Positions 52,796-64,000 of a DNA stretch of 64,000 nt are shown here, piece after piece; the stretch's first letter is position 1, and every line of letters starts with the position of its first letter. The DNA comes from Callorhinchus milii. Its lineage: Eukaryota. The notes below the pieces were generated by a model that was not told the DNA's origin, made no database searches, and saw nothing but the letters and a program-made list of their open reading frames with translations. A program made the position numbers and the translations under genes. Location: NCBI RefSeq assembly GCF_018977255.1, contig NW_024704743.1:57166001-57230000 (forward strand), read 5' to 3'.

Positions 52796-53945
52796 ACAAC
52801 AATAACAACAATAACAAATTGCATTTACACCGCGCCGTACACTCCAGGAGGCTGTTCCAAGTTGCTGGAAAGTCAAGGTTTTGCATCCGAGCTGGATGCA
52901 AGATTAAGACAGATGGGGGCAAGTGGGTGGGGTTGGGAAAATGACCAAAAGCACAGTCAAAGAGAAAGGGCTTCACATGGACCTTGAAGGAGCCAAGGGA
53001 GGGGGTAAGGCAAAAGAACTGGATAGAGTTCCAGAGAGTGGAGGCAGAGAGGCTAAAGGCCCAATCACTGATGGTGGGGCAAGCAGAGTGGAAGACATGG
53101 AGCCTGCTGAGCGGATGGAGCGGATGGACAAAACCATGGAGGGCTTAACAGTGAGGAGCTTGAACTCGATTCTCTGGGAGATGGGGAACTAGTGGAGCCG
53201 GACGAAGATGGGGGTGATAGATTGTGGAACCTGGAGTGGGAGAGCATATGGCCTGCAGAGTTCTGAATAATCTGCAGCTTGTGGAGGCTGCCTGGTGAGC
53301 AGGGTGTTAGCGTAGTCAAGAGTGGAAGTGATAAAGGCATGGATAAGGGTTGAGGGCCGAGGTAGTGGCGGAGCCGGGCAATGTTGTGGAGGTGGGTGAA
53401 GGCTTAACGAGTCAAAGCACGGATGTGGGGTTTAAAGCTGAAGGTGAAACAAGACACCAAGATTCCGTACTGGCTCAGTGAGGTGGAAAGTGCATCCATG
53501 TATAGTGATGCTGTCAGCGCCTGAAGTGAAGAGGCGCTGACAGGAGCCAAGCAGGAGGGCCTCCGTCCTGTCGACATTCAACTGGAGAAAGTTAACTCTC
53601 ATTCAGCACTTGATGTCTGATTGGCAATCTGTCAGAACTGCAGTGTTCCTGGAATTGAGAGTGGAGGCAGAGAGAGTTGGGTGTCTGCTGCATATGTGGA
53701 AGTTTCACACTATGTCTGCAGACGACATCACTACATGTAATTATTAAAGGGGAGAGGACCAAGACCAGAGCGCTAAGGAACATCACACATGACGGTGCGA
53801 GGGCAGGAGGAATAGTCGTTGGTGGATAAGAAGTGGAGACGATGGGTTAGTTAAGAGTGCAAACAACCAAGGTTAGGCTGTGAAGGTGGAGCTGAGAGGA
53901 CAGGGAGTGGACATGAATGGAGTGTTGAAGGTGGCAGAGAGATCA
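52796..53945 (-). mobile_element. L2 LINE, degenerate, tail to RT region
   Basis: (CAA)n tail, LHKLQIIQNSA, and a CATATGCAGCAGACACCCAACTC (YADDTQL-like) segment on the minus strand. Confidence 0.85.
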
Positions 53946-56900
53946 AAAAAAGAGTTAAAATTGCACAGTCAGATTTAGGCCTAAACACTGCGATTGATTA
54001 ACAGGTCAAGGCACGGATATGGGGTTCAAAGCTGAAGATGAAACAAGACACCGAAGTTCCGTACTGCCTTGTTCCTTTAGAGAGTGGAGGCGGGAGAGAA
54101 ATGCTTTGTTAGCAATGTTTGAGCATGTCCCAGGTTATAGTTGTCATCCCAGTTATTCTTCTGGAACTCCATTATAACTGAGATGTGATGTCAATGAGCT
54201 CTTAAGGGATAAATACCGACAATACTGAAACATTGTTACTTTTAGGCAATTCATTTGAAAGGTGCCTTTATATATTTTGACAAAATACTCAAAAGAAAAA
54301 TGTAGCTTTCTAATCATATTCAGTAGTTACCAGTTTTAGTGAAAATAATGCCTAATAGAATAAGAACCATCCCCTGACCAACAATCCTCCAGTTCCAGAT
54401 TAATTGGCTATTCACTTCATGGCCTTTCTGGTTCAAATGACCACCACATGTACCTATAAAAACAGCATAGTAATTACTTGTGAAGGGCTTTCAGATAATG
54501 ATAACAATCCTTGCATTATGAGTGTAGGGTGGGTATTAAGATGAGATCCAATGGGCCAAAGGGCCTTCTTCATCCAAACCTCTCTGGTAATTTGATTATG
54601 TTTGGCACCCACAACATTGATGGGAAAAGCACTATAAGAATGGAAATTCTTTCTTTTCAAGGAATCATTTGCATAACCAGCTCTTCATTACATTAAAGAC
54701 CAAGTTCTCATTATTTTTCAGCTGGAGAGTCAAGTTGCATATATTTCTGTGATATACCGTATAATGGTAGCTTAGCTTTCATTTTAACAAAACAAAATAT
54801 ATGTAGGTATTAGGTGTATAAATTATTTATAGATTTTAAATACTGCATGCAATTTAGCACTATAATATGTATTATATATTATTTCAACCACATTTTCCAA
54901 AATGAGTTCTATGATTTTAAATTATATATAATATGATTTTATCTTTACCGAGCAACTTTTAATTAAAGTACCATATTAAAAGTGATATTAATACAGTTGT
55001 AATTGTTTTAATATATGACATTATTGGGTTTATAGAAATTGTTTCAACTAGTTAAATAAAATATTAGGTAAGTGATTTAATAATATTTGGTTGATCCGTA
55101 CTGTATATTTGAATTCCCTTTGATATTGTATTAATTAAATGTAAAGTTACTGATCTCTTACCTTGCCTGTGTCTATTTCTTATGCCAACATGCATATTTC
55201 CAATCTTTCCATTTGATCCCACAGTTCATCTGTCTATCCACAGGTACCTGTTACCCCCAGATGCACCATACGACCTACGTTGTGAATCTGCACTTTGGGA
55301 CGTCCTCCCAGTATGAAAGGCGCTATATAAATTCAAATTGTATTGCATTGAAAGGGATAGAATTAGAGAAAATGAAAATATAGACTCGGCGTCTCTCATT
55401 ATGGCTTAAACATGAACAATAAAAATAGCTCTTTTTTAATGAGTTTGCAGTCAGTCTCCATCTGCATCACCATAAATCTTACAAATATTCCATGAATGGT
55501 GACATATCTGGTTTACAGATTGATTGTACAATTCTGGAGGATGACCAGTTGGGGTCCTAGTTACTATTAGAAGATAGTTATTGAGGTCAGCAGTTCTAGT
55601 TAGATTTGAATATACCTAGATATTACAGTCAGCAGTTCTTGTTATTATGCTTTAATTATTACACAGAATACAGAATTTATGTCTCTCTCTTGCCGTCTAC
55701 TTATGAATCTAGTGAGAAGGCAAGCAAACCTTGTTGCTTATAAAATAAAACTCTTCCAAGACTTAAAAGCAGTCTTGGAGATAAGAAATGAAGACACAAT
55801 TTATGCAATCAATGACAGTTTGGAGATTGCTTTCACACATAGAGTGAGCGTGCTTGCTGAGGAGAGAAATGCATATTCATTTTCCCTGGTTGATGAGTGC
55901 CAGGAATGAAATATTGAGTGCTAAACCAACTGTCTTTACAGTGCATCAGCTGGAATATAAGAGTGCTGGAAATAGCTTTCCAAATGTTTGTGTGATTTGC
56001 CACCCTCCTGACTTATCAGGTTCACTCTCACACAAGCTAAACAACATTTGGAACTCGTCATATTCTTAACAGGCAGTAAAATGCATGAATAGTGGATCAG
56101 CAATAAGTTTAAAAAANGTGTTTGCTTAAAGCAATTCCCTTGGTGATTTGAGATGGTGAATTTAGCAAACACAGCAAACTATATCTGGTTTTATTAAGGC
56201 TACGAGTAAATTCAGATGCATGTGCAGGGGATTTGTTGCAACCTTGAGGGAAATCTAGCTGATCAGAGTCAATTTATGAATCCACTCAATCTCACTGTTG
56301 GAGACTAACACGTGGTGGTTTCTAACAGAATTTCTTAATAAGAGAGCTGAGAGTATGCTATGATGATTTGCACCACTATGTTCTCATATGATCTACATTC
56401 AGAATGGGGTTTCTAGAAGCATGTAAGATAAGTGTGACGGACTTCCAGTGACCATAATAGAATCCACATTCGGACTCTTTATTAAAGAATCACATTAGAA
56501 ACTGTTGACCCCACTACTAGCTCTCATCAGTGGAGAAGGCATCGCAATGATTGTCCATCAAGACTGCTGATGGACGTCCTCCTGACGTGAAAGGCGCTTT
56601 ATAAATGGAATCCTGTTGTTGTTGTTGTTGTTGAATCCCAGTGAAATTAAACATTTGAACTCTTACACAATAGGAATAATGCACAAAAGCATCATGCATT
56701 TTCAAACCCTTACATGTTATGTAATTGCATTTGGCATTTACCGATGCAACTACCTTGCATTATCTTTCATCACTCCCTAAGGGATGGTGATAAATCATTT
56801 AAACTAGATCCGATTAAGTGAAAATTAGAGACCATCAACTTTAAATTCTTACCATGTGTGATTAGTGCCGCAGCAACAATGTTAAAATGTTTTATGGTTG

Positions 56901-57139
56901 CAAAATGTGAACTGCAATTTTAAGTTTACAATAACTTTAAATTTATCACAACATATCTGTAAAGAAGTAGCTGATCAACCATTTGTAGTGGAACCTCAAT
57001 CTTGAAATACCAGATGTGGTTGAAAAAATCTTTCTCTGGAAACAAATAAAAAACTGACCTGACTGTCTTATCATCTTTGTTCAAAATGAATAATGTAGGG
57101 GAGACATTATCCACATGGCATGATAAAAAAAAATTTGCT

Positions 57140-57308
57140 CACTAATCCACGACTGTTTGTGGGACACTGCTGTGCGCATTATGGCTGCTGTGTTTCACCC
57201 ACAAAATACACAGTCCAATTCACTTTACAGTATATTCTGTGAAGTGCCTTGAGACGTCTCAATGACGTGATAATGGGCGATATCAAATGCAAGGATTATT
57301 ATTATTAT
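57140..57308 (+). mobile_element. 5'-truncated SINE
   Basis: Body and tail shared with 60670-60830. Confidence 0.85.
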
Positions 57309-58087
57309 CACTCTTCGTTTTGTTTTTTAATATTTGATTAATAATTTTAAATGCACCAAACAAGCTAAACAATACTCAAGGAATATTGCCACAAATACAT
57401 TTCTTATAACAAATATTGTGAATCATTAAATGGGGAGAAGTGTAAACCATTACTTAACTGGGTAACAATGATTTTGCCATTTAATGTTTTACATAATTTA
57501 ACATACAATAATCCTTGCATTTGGTATAGCACCTTTCACTTTTGGAGGACGCTTCAAATTTCAGATTTACTGTAAAGTGTGGTGACTGTGTATTTTGTAG
57601 ATGAATATCGAGATGAATATAGGAATGAAATTAACTGTGTTTCAAACACATTATGAAACACCTTTAATTTCACCCTTAAAAGGTCATGACTAAATCCTTT
57701 CAAGAAAGCTATAAATTCTGACAATATAAAACATGAGACTGCTCAAAGTTCTGTGAATAATTAAAAGGAGCTCGTCCGCTCTTACTTTTTAAAATTAATT
57801 CAGAGATCATTTTTAATGGGATCATTGTTAAAAGGAACTCTAAATCATGGCAGCAAAGTTCAGCTATGTTTAATACGCTACATTAAAATGTCTGTGGTCT
57901 CAGCAGATGTCTCCAGTCCTATGATCAGAATCCATGTGGGTGCAGTTATACAATACAATTTACATTTATATAGTGCCTGTCACAACTGGAGGATGTCTCA
58001 AAATGCCTCACACAGCTGATTGGGCACCTGACTCAGGGGAATAACTAAAAACACGGTCAAAGAAATAAGTCTAATGGCGGGGTTTAA

Positions 58088-59070
58088 AACCCAACAACAA
58101 AATTACATTTGTAAATCGCCTTTCACATTGGGAGAACGTCCCAAGGTGCTCAACATTCAAGGATCAGGACCCGAGTGTGGGGTTGCACGGTTGGGGTGAA
58201 GGAGGGCAGAGGGGGTACGAGGGTGGCTGAAGGCAAGGTCACAAAGGAGGATCTTGAGTCGTGCCTTGAAGGAGGCAAGAGAGGGAGCAAGGTGAAGGGT
58301 TTGTGGGATGGAGTTCCAGAGTGTGAGGGCAGAGGCTGAAAGCCCAGGTGGGTCAAGCGGGAGACATGGAGCAGGCCGGAGACCGCTGAGTAGAGGGAGC
58401 AGACAGGTTGATAGGGGTATAGCAGGTCAGAGATGTAGGAGGGGGCAAGGCCATGGAGGGCCTTGAAAGTGAGATCGAGGATTTTGAATTCTTGCTCCCT
58501 CCTACCTCTTCGACCTACTATCCCCCTACCTACCTGCCCGTACCCTCCGTTCCTCTGGCTCCGGTCTGCTCCACGTCCCCCGCCCCAATCGCCCTACCAT
58601 CGGTGGTCGGGCCTTCAGCCTCTCAGCCCCCAGGCTCTGGAACTCTATCCCCCAGTGCCTTCGCCTTGCTTCCTCCCTTTCCTCCTTCAAGGCCGGTCTC
58701 AAAACCTTTCTCTTTGACCGAGCCTTCAGCTCCCCTCTCGACTCTCTTCCCCCTCCTCGCTCCCTCCCTTCCCTCCCCTTACCCTGACCATTTCCCCCCT
58801 CCTCGCTCCCTCCCTTCCCTCCCCTCACCCTGACCATTTCCCCCCTGCTCGGGTCATGACCCAACTGTGCAGCGCCTTGGGACGTCCTCCTGACGTGAAA
58901 GGCGCTTTATAAATGGAATCTTGTTGTTGTTGTTGTTGTTGTTGAGGGATGGGAAGCCAGTGGAGCCGGGCGAGGGTGTGGGTGATGGGGTCACAGAGCC
59001 TGTTGTGGGAGAGGACACGAGCTGCAGAGTTCTGGATGATCTGCAGCTTGTGGAGGGAAGAGATAGGGAG
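58088..59070 (-). mobile_element. L2 3' fragment split by an oppositely oriented L2
   Basis: Runs 58088-58491 and resumes at about 58945 (AGGGATGGGAAGCCAGTGGAG = LHWLP on minus). Confidence 0.85.
58492..58944 (+). mobile_element. Young L2 3' end with an internal 46-bp tandem duplication (58749-58840)
   Basis: Near reverse-complement match to 34630-35030, with an uninterrupted (TTG)8 tail. Confidence 0.92.
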
Positions 59071-59194
59071 GCCGAAGGACTCTGGATTGGAGTTCCAGAG
59101 AGAGGCCGAGAATGCCTGAAAGCTCGCCCACCATTGATGAGACTGAGCACTGGGGATATGAAGAAGGCAGGAGGTTGCAGAGATAGTGTATATA

Positions 59195-59370
59195 TATATT
59201 ATATTCCTTGCATTTGATACAGCGCTTTATCACGTCTTCAAGACATCTCAAATCTCTTCACAGAATATACTGTAAAATGAATTGACTGTATATTTTGTGG
59301 GCGAAACGCAGCAGCCAATTGCACCCAGTATTGTCCCACAAACAGTCGTTCATTGAGTGACCAGATTATT
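59195..59370 (-). mobile_element. 5'-truncated SINE
   Basis: Shared SINE tail and body. Confidence 0.85.
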
Positions 59371-60279
59371 TTTATTAAAACTGCTCTCACACATAGTTTC
59401 ATTACCAAGCAATTGAGTGTGTTACCCAAGACCTGAAATGATGATTCAGATTAAAAGAGCACAGCTCTTGCAAGGATGTTCTTATTGGGTTAATGTCATG
59501 AGAAGCCATATTTGGTTTAAAAAATAAATGCCTGAGTGGAATTTTGTGAAAGATTGAGCTGTTCCCAAACACTGAGGAAAAGCTTCCAAATTTCTGAGAT
59601 TTTATAGATCAATGGCCCTCAAACATTCTTAGCAAATGAGGTTTCAATTTGAAACACCTAACTTTTGTAAGATAATGGGAGTAGCTTATCCCTTGACATC
59701 AATTACCCAGCAATTAGGTTAAGCATGATTTTTATTTATTTATTAAATTGACTTTTTAAATGTAAGCGATTTCTTCCTTTTTAGATCCTCCATTGTTTTT
59801 TACTTTGAGGTGAAATATCTTTGTTTTATAAATTGTATGCCTTTTACGTGTTTTTTTTAGCTTCTTATTTATTTTCCAAAGTTGATCTAGTGAGGAGGGC
59901 ACTTTCTGCCTAGCCCAAACTTATATCTTTGCTGATTGCTAAGGGACAACTTTAAGGGATTGCAATTTACAACCCAAAATCATGTCACCTCAGTGCAGTA
60001 TAGAATTACATTTATACAGTGACTTTTACTTCAGGATGGTATCTCAAAGTTCTTATACTCAAACTAAAAAGTAAGATAGCGGATTGCTGGATTAGAAAAG
60101 AAAAAGCACTTACCGGGAAAGTGTGCTGTCAGCTAACAGACAAGAGTTAATGCTAGCAATATCTTAAATACTGCAAAATTTACCAATCTATTTCAATGTA
60201 AGAGCTCAAAGTCTGAGTATTTTTTCATTATGGTGATCACTCAAATCATTCTGTCCAATGATATGTTTTGATACAATGA

Positions 60280-60993
60280 GTCAGGAGATTGTGGATTCAA
60301 GCCCCACATTGGGAGTCTGAACTCTAGACTAATACTCCAATGCAGTGTTGAGGACTACTGCTTTGTTGGAGGTGCTGTCCTTTGAACAGATGTTAAACCA
60401 AAATCTTGAATTTGCTCAGATGAATGTTAAAGATCCCATGGCACTATTTGAAAAGAGAAGGGAGTTTCTTCCAGTGTCCTGCCCAACAATCCTCAAAATA
60501 ATATTTGTGGAGTCCTGTAGCTCAGTGGTTAGAGCACTCGCTTTGCAAGCGAGAGACCTGAGTTCAATTCCAGGCAGGGCGAAACCTTGGGCAAGTTTCC
60601 TTACTCCACACAGAGCCTAATAATAATCCCTCCAAAAACCAAAAACATTAATAAATTGGTCATTTTCAATCTACGACTGTTTGTGGGACATTGCTGTGCG
60701 CAATTGGCTGCCGCGTTCGCCCACAAATCTACAGTCAATTCACTTTACAGTGTGTTCTGTGAAGCGCTTTGGGACGTCCTCCCGACGTGAAAAGCGCTAT
60801 ATCAAATGCAAGGATTATTATTATTATTATCATTTGATTCATGAATGTTTTCGACATTATTGTTGTGCAAATTAACTGCTGTGTATAATTACAAAATACA
60901 CAGTCACTCCACTTTACAGCAAATCCTGTGAAGCACTTTGATACATCCATCCAACCAGAAAGGCACTATATTGAATGCAAGGATTATTATTAT
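60280..60993 (+). mobile_element. Old DeuSINE-like element split by a young SINE
   Basis: Head and core at 60280-60505 (AAAGATCCCATGGCACTATTTGAAAAGAGAAGGGAG). Decayed 3' half at 60831-60993. Confidence 0.75.
60509..60830 (+). mobile_element. Young tRNA(Ala-TGC-like)-headed SINE, full length
   Basis: A box TAGCTCAGTGG, anticodon-like arm CTCGC-TTTGCAA-GCGAG, B box GAGTTCAATTCC, L2-type tail and (ATT)n. Confidence 0.95.
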
Positions 60994-61219
60994 CATTTTC
61001 CTCTTTGGGATTATTTAGGGGGTACTGGTATCCAGTGAATAAACTCAGAAAAGGTGCCTTGTGCACAAATAATAAATTACCACAACTTTTTAGGAGTTTA
61101 GAGCTGAAAACAGACAAACAGATATAGGTTTGAGTCCATCAAAGTCACGTAAAACGGCAGTGGGATAATTGTTTTATGACCCACTTGGACTGAAATGCTG
61201 TTTTATAACACATTCCGTA

Positions 61220-61520
61220 CACTGGGGTTGGAGGAATGAGTTTCCAGTGTTAGAGGAATGCTGGAGGATTTTAAAAACGATTGAGAAAATAGACCCAGAA
61301 CAATATTTTTCGATGCACCTAGACAGCAGGACAAGAAGAAACACATTTAGAGGCAATTTCAGAAGGACAACAGGAAATACCCAGAGGGTAATTAATGACT
61401 GAAGCAGGGTGGTGGAGGTCAGGGTGCTGGATGCCTTTAAAAANCAGCTTGATGCTGTGAAGTAAGTAAAGTAAATCATATTGGAGCAAGGTGCTCATGG
61501 GTTGACATGATTTATTTCAC
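61220..61520 (+). mobile_element. Old CR1 3' fragment
   Basis: ILKTIEKIDPEQYF...SRTR...TQRVIND*, resembling the CR1 ORF2 C-terminus. Confidence 0.65.
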
Positions 61521-62699
61521 TTACAGAATGGGAATCCCCTTAACAAATACAGTAATTCTTATTGCTAGTTTACAACATTAATCCTTACATTTGATATAGT
61601 ACCTTTCAAATTATCATGACATCTCAAAGCACTTCATAGGATAAACTGTAAAATATAGTAACTGCCGGATTCACCTACAAAATACACAGTCTCAAACTAC
61701 GCTTTGAGACGTTCTCCCGAGGTGAAAGTTGCTATATCAAATGTTATTATTATTATTATTTATTTTATTATTATTCTCCATGTATGAGTTTAGACTATGA
61801 GAGAGGGGGCAGAAGCACTGCTACCAAGCTTAATCCTGTCCAGACTTAATGGGCAAACATAAAACATCCATGTGCAGTCACTGGGCAGTGATCTCTAATG
61901 GGAACTCTGTCTAATATTCCCTTCCATAGAACAAGGGTGGTGAGGTAAATTATAACACTACACTACAGCATCACTATTATTCTGGATGAAATTCAGCACA
62001 CTTTAGGTACAAACATTGGGACCTTTTAGGAGTATATCGCTTAGATTTATAATAGAACAGTAGTTTATCAACTCATCCACTGGGCAATCCACTTTGTTAT
62101 TTATTTTCCCTTAAAAAACAAGAATGGATTTTGTTTGTGTGTTCATAGAAATTCACACTTGAGAAATTTGCTTTGTTGGGCCAAATGGCCTTTGCTCATC
62201 TTGACTCTTCTGTTCTAACATTCTGAAAGTCATCCTTCTTCCATGTAGCTATGCTCGCCCACGTCTCTGCTGTTGAGTAGTTTTGCAGCTCTCACACATC
62301 AGTTGCCTGTCAGTGCAAGCAGGCGTAGCGTTGTCCTGTGAGTGAATACCTGTCAGCTCGCTCAAATTGTACAGAAACAGATATGCTATTAATATTTTAG
62401 AGTTTGCCAACTATACAGAACCAGTGATTGCAAGTCCCATTGGGGAATAGCTGCCTCACTCTTGCACCAATTATTGCTTTTGCTTAATACCCTCTTTCCA
62501 TTATAGTTAAGTTCCCAAAGCTACACTCATCCTAAGGTTACTGCTGTGCATTACGTGACCATTGGTCATTTCATTTGTCTTAATAACTTATACAGGTCAC
62601 CAGTATGAGAATGCAACACCGCAACCCATTGTGGTAAATGGTGATTCACTGCTCTCAGTCCCTCAGTGGTACCTCTATGGCAGCAGCATTTTTTTCAGG

Positions 62700-63060
62700 G
62701 AGGGGGGATTTCCTGCAGCTTAGCGGTCAGAGCACATGCCTGGCAAGCGAGAGAACCTTGGTTCGATTCCCGGGCAGGCCGAAATGTTGTACAAGTTTCC
62801 TTCCTCCACGTGCCTTTGTTTACCTAGCAATAAGTAGGAACCCGGTTGTTAGTTGATTGGCGGATCACTTTACCGGGGGTAATAATCCCTTCAAAAAAAT
62901 AATAATAATTTGGTCACTCAATCCAAGACTGTTTGTGGGATACTGATGTGTGCAATTAGCTGCCGTGTTTCTCCCACAAAATTCACTACAGTCAATTCAC
63001 TTTCTAGTATATTCTGTCAAGTGCTTTGAAACATCTCGCAGACTTGATAAGGCGCTATAT
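62700..63060 (+). mobile_element. tRNA-headed SINE, long-middle subfamily; the 3' end abuts a hAT-like terminus (TAGTGGTTGGCAAAC)
   Basis: B box GGTTCGATTCCC, extra module at 62809-62880, then the shared body and tail. Confidence 0.85.
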
Positions 63061-63797
63061 TAGTGGTTGGCAAACTTTTACTGAGGTGTGCCAGTGTGAG
63101 CCCGATAGACGTATTGCCATGCCACTAAAAAATAATAAAATTAAAGAGAAAAGAAAAATATTACTGGAAAAGAAAGATGCATTTAGTAAGAAATTCACAA
63201 TAAAAGGGTTCGTAACTCTGTCTGTCCAGTACCCTGGGACGTCCTCCCGACATGAAAGGCGCTTTACAAATGTAATTTTGTTGTTTTGTTGTTGTAAAAT
63301 ATCAAACTTAATGATATTAGTTACTTAATGAGGCTTCTGAATTTGTTTTTGTACATAATATCTTCAATATTTGGATTCAGTTTTGAGCACGCCACTAGAA
63401 GAAGATTATTAAGATGTTAGTTTGGAACCGTATTTATAGTTTGTGAAGTTCATGGTGGAAAAGGACTGCTCACAGGTGTAGGTTGATCTGAATCTGCACA
63501 CATATCAAAAGGCATGGTCATGCAATTTATGAAAATCATTCTTAGGGATGAATATCCAAAACGACCATTGGAGTATGGATCTACTATGGACACGCATGCA
63601 CTAACTAGAAGCATAATAAAACTTGCAGTAGGCACTAACCAGGTAGCTTTCCATGCTTAAACAGTGGTTGACTTCTGGGTCATCAGGTCACCATTAACAT
63701 CACTTCCTGCATGCTATATGCACGAAGCATCATTGACATCACTTTGCAAAGGAAGTCCCCATGTTTAAACCGAGGCTGATAATGCAGAGCTGAGATA

Positions 63798-63972
63798 TTG
63801 GTCACTCACTTCGTGGCTGTTTGTTGGACACAGCTGTGCGCAATTGGCTGCCGTGTTTTGACCACCAAATGCAGTCAATCCAATTTACAGTGTATCCTGT
63901 GAAGCACTTTGAGAAATCTCAACAACATAATAAGGCACTATATCAAATACAAGGATTATTATAATTATTATT
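63798..63972 (+). mobile_element. 5'-truncated SINE
   Basis: Shared body and tail ending in (ATT)n. Confidence 0.8.
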
Positions 63973-64000
63973 GGACCCAGGTGACTGCATCATAACAAGT

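Noticed and set aside
60509..60582. tRNA-Ala(TGC) gene (also 41673-41746, 47036-47111, 52385-52458)
   Set aside because: The anticodon arm is perfect, but the T arm and acceptor stem are imperfect. The sequence also continues into a SINE body and L2 tail in every copy, so these are SINE heads.
56117..61444. Single N bases at 56117 and 61444
   Set aside because: Assembly ambiguities, not biology. They are a reason for caution about the tandem duplication.

Overview
Repeat-rich vertebrate genomic DNA. The L2 and CR1 LINEs and the tRNA-headed/Deu-type SINEs point to a cartilaginous fish, possibly a chimaera; this is inference from the repeat content only. I could support one protein-coding gene: a complete 4-coding-exon C7orf78-like gene on the minus strand (6243-5788, 1771-1687, 692-550, 373-284; 257 aa, canonical GT-AG junctions, consistent phases). 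The ORF track shows only its first coding exon. The remaining ~57 kb has no exon I can recognise and is dominated by transposon relics. The most notable structures are: (1) a near-identical ~5.35 kb tandem duplication (about 41.6-52.5 kb) with a chimeric SINE at its junction; (2) a decayed non-LTR reverse transcriptase inside the duplicated unit that belongs to neither the L2 nor the CR1 family; (3) a perfect 26-bp inverted repeat inside a decayed hAT-like MITE; (4) modular SINEs sharing an L2 tail; (5) a probable Harbinger Myb/SANT relic; (6) several nested insertions. I found no CRISPR array, rRNA, true tRNA gene or convincing new multi-gene system. Most other ORF-track entries are LINE/SINE remnants or chance ORFs. 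Repeat boundaries are approximate and read by eye.
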